The translations under genes were made by a program, and so were the position numbers. A model generated the notes under the pieces. It had not been told where the DNA came from. It worked only from the letters and a program-made list of their open reading frames with translations, and did not search any database. From contig OZ240215.1 of assembly GCA_965197585.1 (NCBI GenBank), positions 2,400,001 to 2,464,000 on the forward strand: a DNA stretch of 64,000 bases, written 5' to 3'. Position 1 is the first letter of the stretch; every line of letters starts with the position of its first letter. This stretch comes from Dehalococcoidia bacterium. GTDB lineage: Bacteria > Chloroflexota > Dehalococcoidia > Plut-88900. This document shows positions 49,265 to 58,133 of this stretch, in pieces.

Positions 49265-49406
49265 TACGGGCCCTCCTTGCAGGTGCCTTTGCCAGTCGAG
49301 ATTATTGGACATGATACCACCCGTACGCGAAAGGACGCGCCCGAAGACGCGCCCTTGATTGATGCGAAGGAGACTCTAACTAAAGAGCCGAGTATTCTCT
49401 ATGAAA

Positions 49407-49482
49407 TGGTGCCCCTGGGGTGACTCGAACACCCGACACACGGTTTAGGAAACCGTTGCTCTATCCTCTGAGCTACAGGGGC
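49407..49482 (-). tRNA. tRNA-Arg(CCT)
   Basis: GCCCCTG TAGCTCAGAGGATAGAGC A ACGGT-TT-CCT-AA-ACCGT...GTTCGAGTC...CAGGGGC ACCA; TATAAT about 10 nt upstream. Confidence 0.96.
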
Positions 49483-49544
49483 ACGGCAGGCATTATAAAG
49501 CCAAAACCCCCGGCTTGCCTCGTCTTCATAGTGTGCTTTATTCC

Positions 49545-49895
49545 CTAGTCGACCGGTTCTTCCTGAGTTGCATAAGAAGAAGCGTGCTCTGCGATAGAAT
49601 CCAGCCTGTCGCCCAAACGGTCCTCGGCCATATCCAGGTCATACTGGCTCTGCAGTCCCATCCAGAACTCCCTGGAGTTACCAAAGAAGCGTGAAAGCAG
49701 GAGAGCGGTCTCGGCGGTTATGGAACGCTCACCGTGAACGATCGCATGAATCCGCCTCGGGTCCACGCCGATACTCTTGGCCAGGCGGTACTGGCTTATG
49801 TTCATCGGCAGCAGGAATTCCTCGTTCAGGATTTCCCCTGGATGGATAGGCGCTAGCTTCCTCTCGGATGCCTCCTTGGCGTATGTGGTCAACAT
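49545..49895 (-). CDS. higA: HigA antitoxin
   Basis: PIHPGEILNEEFL, SQYRLAK, ITAETA, FWMGLQ; AAGGAGG RBS. Confidence 0.92.
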   Translation of the reverse strand: MLTTYAKEASERKLAPIHPGEILNEEFLLPMNISQYRLAKSIGVDPRRIHAIVHGERSITAETALLLSRFFGNSREFWMGLQSQYDLDMAEDRLGDRLDSIAEHASSYATQEEPVD

Positions 49896-49918
49896 ACCCT
49901 CCTTAACGGTCGCTCCAT

Positions 49919-50200
49919 TCAATGATAATCGACTATGTCCACTTGATAGGCGTCATCTCCACTCCAAACAAAGCAGATGCGCCATTTGTCGTTTATCCGA
50001 ATGCTGTGCTGCCCCGACCTATCACCGACCAGCGCTTCCAAACGATTTCCCGGCGGCACTCTTAGGTCGTTAAGGTCCGCCGCATTGTTCAGCATCATCA
50101 GTTTCCGCTGAGCTCGGCGCTGGATATCTATCGGAAACTTCCTGACGCGCTGGCGCTCCGCTATGGCCTGAGTAGTTCTGTCGCGGAAGCTTCTGATCAC
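49919..50200 (-). CDS. higB: HigB (RelE/ParE-family) toxin
   Basis: IRSFRD, DLRVPPGNRLEALVGDR.GQHSIRINDKWRICF, IVDYH. Confidence 0.95.
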   Translation of the reverse strand: MIRSFRDRTTQAIAERQRVRKFPIDIQRRAQRKLMMLNNAADLNDLRVPPGNRLEALVGDRSGQHSIRINDKWRICFVWSGDDAYQVDIVDYH

Positions 50201-50208
50201 CTACGGTA

Positions 50209-50236
50209 ATAATAGCACAATGCGCTAATAGTGCAA
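50209..50236 (-). promoter_or_regulatory. higBA promoter with palindromic operator
   Basis: TTGCAC-16-TATTAT enclosing the imperfect palindrome TAGCGCA-T-TGTGCTA. Confidence 0.6.
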
Positions 50237-50301
50237 TGAGCTATGTACCGGAGGTCAGTTTCACCCAAACAAGCCCTACCCCACGCACACAGGCCCTAGA
50301 A

Positions 50302-51051
50302 TCAGTTCATGAGCGGCGCAACACTGAATATCACCGAGAAGGGTTTGCAATAGATAATGACGCTCATCTGCGCATTAACGTTTACGCTGGCGGGCACCGG
50401 GTAGTTCTGGTTACCTATGTTCCCTTTCAGCCTGCCCAAGTCGTGATAGCCGTTGTCCTTGATGTCGCTAACCCTCATCGGGTCCTCGTGGACTGCCAGC
50501 AGAACATGCAGCCTGGGCCCGTTGGTCACGTTCAAGTCCTCTAGCCTGAGCAGATGGCTGCCATCCGGGGCCTCGTAGATGATCGCCGTGCCGCTCCCCC
50601 GGTGAAGGCTGTCGGCGTCTCTGAAGTTTCCAGCCTTCAGCATGACCGCCTCCCCACCTTCTTCCTCCTCCTCAATCATCATCTCGGGCATCGCCTCCAT
50701 CATTGGCTCATCATCCATACCCGCTACGACGGCCATCGTCATTTCGATGTCTTCCATTTCCATGTCGGCAGGCACGACCGCCGTGTAAGCGAATGGGAAC
50801 TCCTCCTCCACCGTCTCGTTGATGAACAGCGGCGACCCCAAGCCCCAGGCCAGGAATCCGAACACTATCAGCAACGGAGTCCCGATGATCGCCGCCAGCC
50901 GACGCCTTCTCCACACCGCCAAGTGCAGCTGTCGTTTGTAAGCGTAGTACGTCGCCGCTGCGCCTATGACAAGGATCGCTGCCAAGATAGGCCAGCGCCA
51001 CGGGTACAGGTCTGCCGCGATACGTTCCAGGGTCCCAAAGAATTCCGCCAT
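50302..51051 (-). CDS. DM13 domain-containing membrane protein
   Basis: PLFINETVEE, GNFRDADSLHRGSG, NGPRLHV, LKGNIGNQNY, SVIIYCKPFSVIF. Confidence 0.9.
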   Translation of the reverse strand: MAEFFGTLERIAADLYPWRWPILAAILVIGAAATYYAYKRQLHLAVWRRRRLAAIIGTPLLIVFGFLAWGLGSPLFINETVEEEFPFAYTAVVPADMEMEDIEMTMAVVAGMDDEPMMEAMPEMMIEEEEEGGEAVMLKAGNFRDADSLHRGSGTAIIYEAPDGSHLLRLEDLNVTNGPRLHVLLAVHEDPMRVSDIKDNGYHDLGRLKGNIGNQNYPVPASVNVNAQMSVIIYCKPFSVIFSVAPLMN

Positions 51052-51170
51052 GTCACCACTCCTCCATACTAGTTATGGGCCCCGGCACGAGACCTTTTAT
51101 GGCCTCGTACCTAATTCGTCAATTCGAACAGTGTGGGCATCAGGCGTGAACGCCCGATCCCAAGGCAGTT

Positions 51171-51833
51171 CTACTTGGTAGCCCCCCACTCGTTCCAGTA
51201 GATCATATTACGGGCTGGCAGCCGCTTGGCGGGCCTGAAGTCATCACCCGTGTAGTACGCCACCGGGAGAAGCGCTGCCTGAGTCACGTTCTCCGGGATA
51301 CCCAGCAGTTCCGCAACTTCTTTCTCATTTGGAAGGTGCAGGGTTGTCCATGCGGCCCCCAACCCCCGAGCCCTTAGCGCCAGCATCAGGGACCACGCCG
51401 CAGGCAAAATCGAGCCGTACAGGCTGGCCTGTGCCGTCACACCATCGTTCTCCACTCGGCCGTCGCAGCACGCCAGCACCAACGCCGGGGCCCGATGCAT
51501 ATTTTCTGCCAGATGCGTCGCCGAGTCCCTGATCAGGCCTCCCCGTTGCGCCCTGGGATCATCAGCCTCGTACTTGGGCGGGTCCTCGTCCCTCATCGCT
51601 CTGTAGGGGTAATACCCTCTTTTGTAACAGTCCCCCACTATCTTCTTTTTCTCAGGGTCCGTGACCACCATGAAATGCCAATGCTGCTGGTTGGATCCCG
51701 TGGGCGCCTGCATCGCAATCTCGATGCACTTCTCCAGTACCTCCGGTTCCACCTCCCTGTCGAAATCCAGCCTCTTCCGCACAGTCCTCGTAGTAGTCAA
51801 CAGCTTATCTACAACTGCAATGTCTATGTCCAA
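51171..51833 (-). CDS. Nitroreductase family protein
   Basis: LLTTTRTVRKRLD, QAPTGSN.Q.WHF, RARGLGAAWTTLH. Confidence 0.92.
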   Translation of the reverse strand: MDIDIAVVDKLLTTTRTVRKRLDFDREVEPEVLEKCIEIAMQAPTGSNQQHWHFMVVTDPEKKKIVGDCYKRGYYPYRAMRDEDPPKYEADDPRAQRGGLIRDSATHLAENMHRAPALVLACCDGRVENDGVTAQASLYGSILPAAWSLMLALRARGLGAAWTTLHLPNEKEVAELLGIPENVTQAALLPVAYYTGDDFRPAKRLPARNMIYWNEWGATK

Positions 51834-52015
51834 CTTCCTGCCTCCGATATTTCAGGTTAGCAGGGGCTAAAGCCCCTTAAATAAAATCTAGCACATCTCT
51901 CCCTTCCCGTCTCCCATTCCTGCATCTTTCCCCGGTTGAGCAGGGGGGCATCCCTCCCCTCTCTGCTATAATCGCACCATCCCCGACTGTGGCGCGATCG
52001 TAAAGGAGGCCCGAC

Positions 52016-53263
52016 TTGACTCCACCCGCTCAGACTCACGAAAAAGACCTTGTTGGCACCCAGGTAGTCGACTTCGAATCGAGGGTCGACATCAAGAGCC
52101 TCCGCCAGGACCGGCTCCAAAGACTCCAGTCCGAGATGGCCGCCGCCGACCTCGAAGCCCTCCTTCTATTCGACCCAGTCAATATCCGCTACGCCATCGG
52201 CTCCCGGCTCAACGAGACTTTCGGCCTCCGCTTCAAGGGCGCCCACGCCTTGATCCCCCAGGAAGGGCGTCCCATTTTCTTCGACTCCAACGAGCTCCAC
52301 GCGCAGCTCTTCTCCCAGGACGCGGAAGTCATGCCCGCCGTCGGTGTCGAATTCTGGATGACGGGCGACTACACCCGTGACAACACCCTCAGATGGGCTC
52401 AGGTACTCAGAGATGCCCTCAACTCTCTCGGCATCTCTTCCAGCCGACTCGGCATCGATAGACTTGACGCCTTCACCATCAACGCGCTTCTGGACCGCGA
52501 GTTCACCTTGGCCGACGGTCTGGAACCCCTATCCCGCGCCCGCTCCATAAAGACCCCCGACGAAATCTCCTTAATCCGCCAGTCCTGCGCCATCGCCGAC
52601 GTCGGCCTCGCCAAGGTTCAGGAGGCCATCAAGCCCGGCGTCACCGAGAACGACCTCTTCGCCCTTCTCTTGCACTACAACGTCTCCAGGGGCGGCGAGC
52701 GCATCGACGGCAAGCTACTTACCGCAGGTGGCAACACTAACCCCTGGATCAAGCGCGACGCCTCCGACCGCCTCGTCATGCCCGGTAATTTCGTCGCCAT
52801 AGACACCGACATGGCCGGGCCCCTCGGCTATTTCGCCGATATCTCCCGAACCTACCTCTGCGGCGACGTACAGCCAAACGAGGAGCAGATGGACGCCTAC
52901 AAGCGTGCCTACGACTACATCTACTCCACCATCCCCTATTTCGTGCCCGGTGCATCCTTCGCAGAGGTCGCCGAGAAGGCGCCCACCATCCCCCCCGAGT
53001 ACAACCGCAACCGCTACCCCCTCATGGCCCACGGCGCAGGCATGTCCGACGAATGGCCCGCCATCTACTTCAAGGACCCCCGCCCCGACGAACCCTCCAA
53101 CTACTCCGGCGAGATCAAGGAAAACATGGTGATCTGCATGGAGGCCAGCTTCGGCAGGGAGGACGGACTGCAGCAGGTCAAGCTGGAAGAGCAGCTTCTC
53201 ATCAAGGCGGACGGGCCCGAGATTATCTCCCAGGCCCCCTTCGACTGGCGCTTTATGGACTAA
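52016..53263 (+). CDS. M24-family metallopeptidase-fold protein, DddP-like (copy 1)
   Basis: DPVNIRYA, ARSIKT, TNPW, DTD, ADISRT, RY...HGAGMSDEWP, ICMEAS, VKLEEQ. Confidence 0.85.
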   Translation: MTPPAQTHEKDLVGTQVVDFESRVDIKSLRQDRLQRLQSEMAAADLEALLLFDPVNIRYAIGSRLNETFGLRFKGAHALIPQEGRPIFFDSNELHAQLFSQDAEVMPAVGVEFWMTGDYTRDNTLRWAQVLRDALNSLGISSSRLGIDRLDAFTINALLDREFTLADGLEPLSRARSIKTPDEISLIRQSCAIADVGLAKVQEAIKPGVTENDLFALLLHYNVSRGGERIDGKLLTAGGNTNPWIKRDASDRLVMPGNFVAIDTDMAGPLGYFADISRTYLCGDVQPNEEQMDAYKRAYDYIYSTIPYFVPGASFAEVAEKAPTIPPEYNRNRYPLMAHGAGMSDEWPAIYFKDPRPDEPSNYSGEIKENMVICMEASFGREDGLQQVKLEEQLLIKADGPEIISQAPFDWRFMD

Positions 53264-53302
53264 GCTCATGACTCCCGAAAGCCCGACCCCCGGAGGCTAA
53301 TC

Positions 53303-54586
53303 ATGTCGCCTAAGCAATTTCACGAAAAAGACGTTCTCGGTCGCCAGGTCGTCGACTTTGAGGAGCGCATTGACGTCCAGCGTATGCGCCGCGACCGCAT
53401 CGCCCGCCTCCAGGCCGAGATCGCAAAGGCCGACCTCGGCGCCATCCTTCTCTGGGATCCGGTCAACATGCGCTACGCCTCCGGCACCCGGCTTATGGAG
53501 AGCTTCATGCTCCGCCACAAGAACAAGTCGGTCCTCGTGCCCCGGGAGGGCAAGCCCATCATCTTCCAGCCCGGCCGTCTTGAAGCCTCCGTAGTTGGAG
53601 ATGACGCCGACACCCGCTGGATCAACACCTTCGAGTTCTGGCAGTTGGGCACTTACACGCCGACTGCCACGAAGAGGTGGGCCGCAGAATTCAAGACCGT
53701 CCTTGAAGAACTCGGCATTGCCGGTGAAAAGCTCGGTATAGATCGCATGGACCCCGACAGTATCCTCGCCCTAACCGGTCTCGGTATCCGTGTAGAGGGC
53801 GCTCTGGCGCCCGTCGGCTGGGCCCGGGCCATAAAGACCCCCGACGAAATCGCAGCCATCCGTCAGGCCTGCGCCATCGCCGATGTCGCCGTCTCCCGCG
53901 TCCGGGATGCCATAGTCCCCGGCGTCACCGAGAACAAGCTCTACTCCATCATGTCCGGCACCAACCTAGAGTACGGCGGTGAGCGCATCGACGGCAAACT
54001 CCTCGCCTCCGGGGGCAATACCAACCCCTGGCTCCATCGGGAGGCCACCGAGCGGGTAGTCCTACCAGGGAATCTGGTCGCAATGGATACAGACATGGCC
54101 GGGCCACTCGGCTACTTCGCCGATATCTCCCGCACCTACCTGTGCGGTGACGTCAAACCCAACGAAGAGCAGCTCGACGCCTACAAGCGCGCCTATGAGT
54201 TCGTCCAGACCGGCATCCCCAAATTTGTCCCCGGCGCTTCCTTCATCGACATCGCCAACTCCATGCCCGAAGTCCCCGACGAATACAAGCGCAATCGCTA
54301 CGTTGTCCTGGCCCACGGCGCAGGCATGTCCGACGAGTGGCCCGCTCTCTACTTCCCCGATATGAACGACACCGGTTTCGGCAATGACGTGGGTGAGGTA
54401 CAGGAGAACATGGTGATCTGCATGGAGGCCAGCTTCGGCCGTGAGAACGGCACGGAGCAGGTCAAGCTGGAAGAGCAGCTTCTCATCACCAAGAACGGCC
54501 CCGAGGTCATGGCCAAGCCCCCTACGACTGGCGTCTCGTCCCCACCGAAGTCTAACCCCCACCCACAAAGGCAATCACTCTTATGA
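53303..54586 (+). CDS. M24-family metallopeptidase-fold protein, DddP-like (copy 2; 1-nt frameshift near the C-terminus)
   Basis: Same motifs as copy 1; the homologous tail PYDWRLVPTEV* (stop 54553-54555) lies in a shifted frame. Confidence 0.85.
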   Translation: MSPKQFHEKDVLGRQVVDFEERIDVQRMRRDRIARLQAEIAKADLGAILLWDPVNMRYASGTRLMESFMLRHKNKSVLVPREGKPIIFQPGRLEASVVGDDADTRWINTFEFWQLGTYTPTATKRWAAEFKTVLEELGIAGEKLGIDRMDPDSILALTGLGIRVEGALAPVGWARAIKTPDEIAAIRQACAIADVAVSRVRDAIVPGVTENKLYSIMSGTNLEYGGERIDGKLLASGGNTNPWLHREATERVVLPGNLVAMDTDMAGPLGYFADISRTYLCGDVKPNEEQLDAYKRAYEFVQTGIPKFVPGASFIDIANSMPEVPDEYKRNRYVVLAHGAGMSDEWPALYFPDMNDTGFGNDVGEVQENMVICMEASFGRENGTEQVKLEEQLLITKNGPEVMAKPPTTGVSSPPKSNPHPQRQSLL

Positions 54587-55545
54587 CTCGCCCCACCCTC
54601 CAGGACATCTATAAGGCACGCGCCCTTCTCGCCAACTATATGTCCCCCACCCCCCTCCACCACTACCCCGGTCTCGATGCCCTCATCGGCTCCGAGACTT
54701 ACGTAAAGCACGAAAACCACACGAAGCTCGGAGCGTTCAAGATTCGCGGCGCCCTGAATACCATGTCCCAGCTCAGCCCCGAGCACAAGGAGCGGGGAGT
54801 AGTCCTTGCATCCTCAGGCAATTTCGGCCAGGGCATGGCCTATGCCGGTCAGATATTCGGCGCTAAGGTCATCGTTGTTCTGCCGGAGAATCCCAACCCA
54901 TCGAAGATGAAGGCCATAGAGGCTTTCGGCGCAGAGGTCGTCCTGAGTGACACCGTCTACGATGCTGATCCCGCCGCCATCCGTTCTATCGTCGACGAGC
55001 GCGGTTCCCAATACGTCAGTGACTCAACCGACTCCCGTTTCATGGCCGGCAGTGGCGCCATCATGCTCGAAATCCTGGACCAGCTCCCCGATGTCGACGT
55101 GGTAATCCTCCCCGTAGGAGGCGGCGGCCTCGCCTCCGGCGTCTCCGTTGCCGCCAAGGCCCTGAAGCCCGATACCCAGGTCATCGCCGTGTGCAGCGCC
55201 CAGGCCGCATCCCCCTACTTATCATGGAAGCAGGGCATGCTGGTCGACGCCCCAATGACCACCTTCGCCGAGGGCATCGGCGTCAAAGTCACCGACGAAA
55301 TACCCTTCCGCATCATGCGCGACCTCCTGGACGATTTCGTAGCCGTCGATGACAGCGAGATCCGTAAGGCCATCTCCCTCCTACTCGAAAAAACCCACAA
55401 CCTCGCCGAGGGCGCGGGCGCAACTCCCCTCGCCGCCGCCCTCAAGCTCAAAGACCGGCTCAAGGGCAAGAAAGTCGTCCTTATCCAGTCCGGCGGCAAC
55501 GCTTCCATAGAAGAACTCAAAGCATCACTTGTTGCGACCCAATGA
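54583..55545 (+). CDS. PLP-dependent threonine/serine dehydratase family (catabolic type, no ACT domain), copy 1
   Basis: GAFKIRGA, SSGNFGQ, PVGGGGL, EGAGA, SGGN. Confidence 0.9.
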   Translation: MTRPTLQDIYKARALLANYMSPTPLHHYPGLDALIGSETYVKHENHTKLGAFKIRGALNTMSQLSPEHKERGVVLASSGNFGQGMAYAGQIFGAKVIVVLPENPNPSKMKAIEAFGAEVVLSDTVYDADPAAIRSIVDERGSQYVSDSTDSRFMAGSGAIMLEILDQLPDVDVVILPVGGGGLASGVSVAAKALKPDTQVIAVCSAQAASPYLSWKQGMLVDAPMTTFAEGIGVKVTDEIPFRIMRDLLDDFVAVDDSEIRKAISLLLEKTHNLAEGAGATPLAAALKLKDRLKGKKVVLIQSGGNASIEELKASLVATQ

Positions 55546-56501
55546 AATACACCACCGACATTCAGTCCATCATCAAGGCCCACGCTCTGCTAAAACGGTA
55601 CATGTCCCCCACCCCTCTCCACCACTACCCCGGCCTCGACGCCCTTCTCGGCTCCGAGACCTACGTCAAGCACGAAAACCACACCGCTATCGGCTCCTTC
55701 AAGATCAGGGGCGGCCTCAACGCCATCGCCAACCTCACCCCTGAGCAGTTAAAGAAGGGCGTCGCCGTTGCGTCCACAGGCAACTTCGGCCAGTCCATCG
55801 CTTACGCCAGCCAGCTCTTCGGCTGCCACGCCGTCATCGCTCTGCCATCCAACCCCAATCCCGGCAAGGCCGAGGCAATCCGCAATTTCGGCGCTGAGCT
55901 CTTGACCTACGGCGCAGACTACGACGAGGCACGAGGCCACCTCCAGACCATCGCCGATGAGAAGGGCTACCGTCTCTTCAACGACGCCGAAGACCACGAT
56001 TTCGTTTCCGGCCTCGGCACCTGCATGGTCGAAATCCTCCAGGACCTCCCCGACGCCGAGGTCGTCATCGTGCCCATCGGCGGCGCTGGCTTCGCATCCA
56101 GCCTCTGCATTGCAGGCAAGGCCATCAAGCCCGACCTCGAAATCATAGGTGTTTCCTCCGAAGCAGCGCTATCGCCGTATCTATCCTGGAAAGAGGGGCG
56201 TCTTGTCGACTCCCCCACCACCACCTTCGCCGAGGGCATCTCCGTCCGCGTCTCCTTCGACGGCTCCCAGGCCGTCATCCGTGACCTCCTCGACGACTAC
56301 GTCCTCGTCTCCGAAGACGGCATCCGCCGCTCCGTCATCCATCTGCTGGAAAAGACCCACAACCTCGCCGAGGGCGCAGGCGCCGCCCCCCTCGCCGCCG
56401 CCCAAGCCCTAAAAGACCGCATCAAAGGCCGCAAGACCGTCCTAATCCTCAGCGGCGGCAACCTCTCCCTCACCCACCTCAAAGAGTGCCTAGCCCTCTA
56501 A
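55542..56501 (+). CDS. PLP-dependent threonine/serine dehydratase family, copy 2
   Basis: GSFKIRGG, STGNFGQ, PIGGAG, EGAGA, SGGN; ATGA overlap with copy 1. Confidence 0.9.
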   Translation: MKYTTDIQSIIKAHALLKRYMSPTPLHHYPGLDALLGSETYVKHENHTAIGSFKIRGGLNAIANLTPEQLKKGVAVASTGNFGQSIAYASQLFGCHAVIALPSNPNPGKAEAIRNFGAELLTYGADYDEARGHLQTIADEKGYRLFNDAEDHDFVSGLGTCMVEILQDLPDAEVVIVPIGGAGFASSLCIAGKAIKPDLEIIGVSSEAALSPYLSWKEGRLVDSPTTTFAEGISVRVSFDGSQAVIRDLLDDYVLVSEDGIRRSVIHLLEKTHNLAEGAGAAPLAAAQALKDRIKGRKTVLILSGGNLSLTHLKECLAL

Positions 56502-56575
56502 CTACCGTTATTCAATCCCTCATTTAAGTCATGCCCGTCCCTAACCTTCTCTCCCTTCCAAACCAGTACTGAACT

Positions 56576-56614
56576 AGAGGGAGGCATAGGCGCAAAGCGC
56601 CTATGCCTCCCTCT
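56576..56614. repeat. Perfect 18-bp-stem inverted repeat
   Basis: AGAGGGAGGCATAGGCGC-aaa-GCGCCTATGCCTCCCTCT. Confidence 0.85.
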
Positions 56615-56622
56615 GTTCTCAT

Positions 56623-56700
56623 CTCCCCCTCTCCCTTAAAGGCCCTAAGGGAGAGGGGGACCAAGGGGGTGAGGGTTCCCTCCCGCGGGGTTAGAGGGGC
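56623..56700. repeat. REP-like element of the CCCCTCTCCC...GGGAGAGGGG...GGGGTGAGGG type
   Basis: TCCCCCTCTCCCTTA-aaggccc-TAAGGGAGAGGGGGA followed by GGGGGTGAGGG. Confidence 0.6.
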
Positions 56701-56722
56701 ATACCCCTGTTATAATTCACGC

Positions 56723-57259
56723 ATGCCCAAGACCCCTCCCATGTACACTGGCTTCGGCGACGGCGGCCAGACCGGCCTCCTCTACGGCGGCCGAGTCTCA
56801 AAGGCCGACCCCCGCTGCGAAGCCTACGGCGCACTAGACGAAGCCGTATCCGCCATGGGCCTCGGGCGCGCCCTCTCCCCTAAACAGGACGTCCAGGAAA
56901 TCCTTCTCGCACTCCAGAGAGAGTCCTTCACCGTGGGTGGTGAGATAGCCATAGACACTGACTTCTACCCCAAATTCCTCAAGCACTTCCAGAAAGTCAC
57001 CGCCGACATGGTCGACAAGCTGGAAGAAACCACAGACGCCCTGTCCGATAAAATAGAGATTCCCAGAGAGTTCATCATGCCCGGCGGCTCACCCGCCGGC
57101 GCGGCCATCGACCTCGCCCGCTCTACCGTCCGCCGTGCCGAGCGCCGGACCGTCGAACTCATGGACACGGGCCTCCTCACCAACACCGAAATCCCCCGCT
57201 ACCTCAACCGCCTCAGTTCCCTCCTGTTCGTCCTCGCCCGCTACGAAGAAACCCCCTAA
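56723..57259 (+). CDS. pduO: PduO-type cob(I)alamin adenosyltransferase
   Basis: YTGFGDGGQTGL, AYGALDE, FIMPGG, ARSTVRRAER, YLNRLS.LLFVLAR. Confidence 0.9.
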   Translation: MPKTPPMYTGFGDGGQTGLLYGGRVSKADPRCEAYGALDEAVSAMGLGRALSPKQDVQEILLALQRESFTVGGEIAIDTDFYPKFLKHFQKVTADMVDKLEETTDALSDKIEIPREFIMPGGSPAGAAIDLARSTVRRAERRTVELMDTGLLTNTEIPRYLNRLSSLLFVLARYEETP

Positions 57260-57279
57260 CCTCCGCCACAAAGCGTTGC

Positions 57280-58128
57280 CTACGCATCCACCGGCTCCTG
57301 GGGTGGCAGTCCTCCTTTACCTGGCCTCACCCTAATCCAGTGCGCCGCGATTATTGCAATCCCGTAGGCGACAACCATAGGCATAATGTAGAACATCCAC
57401 AGATAAAATGAGCTCAAGATCGGGGATCCGTACAATAAGCAATTCTCTATATCCAAGGCCACAAATCGCGAAACGTACGCTACCATAGCCGCTCCAAACA
57501 ACACCCCTATCCCCACCCTGCCCACGGGCTTTCCCATATCCGCACTATGTAGTGCCCGGATGGCAATAAAGCTCAACAGCACTTTGATCGCTAACAAGCC
57601 AATTTCGTAACCAATACGCGAATCGTATATTGGCGCCAACAGGTTCACTCCCGGAAACGCTATTACTCCAATTAGGATCAGCGCTTTGTCGAACCCGTTC
57701 CGCGAAGCCCGCCTGGCAAAACACACCAATACCGCGAGCGTCATCGCAAACCATGCCCACCACAGCAGGGTAATCCAAACGGGCTCCACCTCCCCCTCCC
57801 CAACCCCGATCCGCTCATATCGGCTTCCATACACCCAGGCTGTCGTCAGCGTGTGGGCTATGCCCAAGGGCACGACTGCTACCGAGTACTGCCAAACCAG
57901 CTTGAGCATCGGGCGCTGCAACCGTCTAACCCACCTGTACGAAATCGCCAACACTGCAAAGCTAGCTATGAAGAACGGTAAGTTAGACCATCCGTAGCTT
58001 CCGTAGATGAAAAAACCAACAGGTATTTGCACGAGGGCGCCCACTATCGATGCAACCACCCCCACCCCAAAGAACAGCCAAAGCTCCCACCTGTACTCCC
58101 GCACCTTCCCCAGCACAGCCGCCCTCAT
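57280..58128 (-). CDS. Hypothetical multi-pass membrane protein
   Basis: About 8 hydrophobic segments; GAGGT RBS; follows the nucleoside hydrolase by 5 bp. Confidence 0.7.
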   Translation of the reverse strand: MRAAVLGKVREYRWELWLFFGVGVVASIVGALVQIPVGFFIYGSYGWSNLPFFIASFAVLAISYRWVRRLQRPMLKLVWQYSVAVVPLGIAHTLTTAWVYGSRYERIGVGEGEVEPVWITLLWWAWFAMTLAVLVCFARRASRNGFDKALILIGVIAFPGVNLLAPIYDSRIGYEIGLLAIKVLLSFIAIRALHSADMGKPVGRVGIGVLFGAAMVAYVSRFVALDIENCLLYGSPILSSFYLWMFYIMPMVVAYGIAIIAAHWIRVRPGKGGLPPQEPVDA

Positions 58129-58133
58129 CTACC

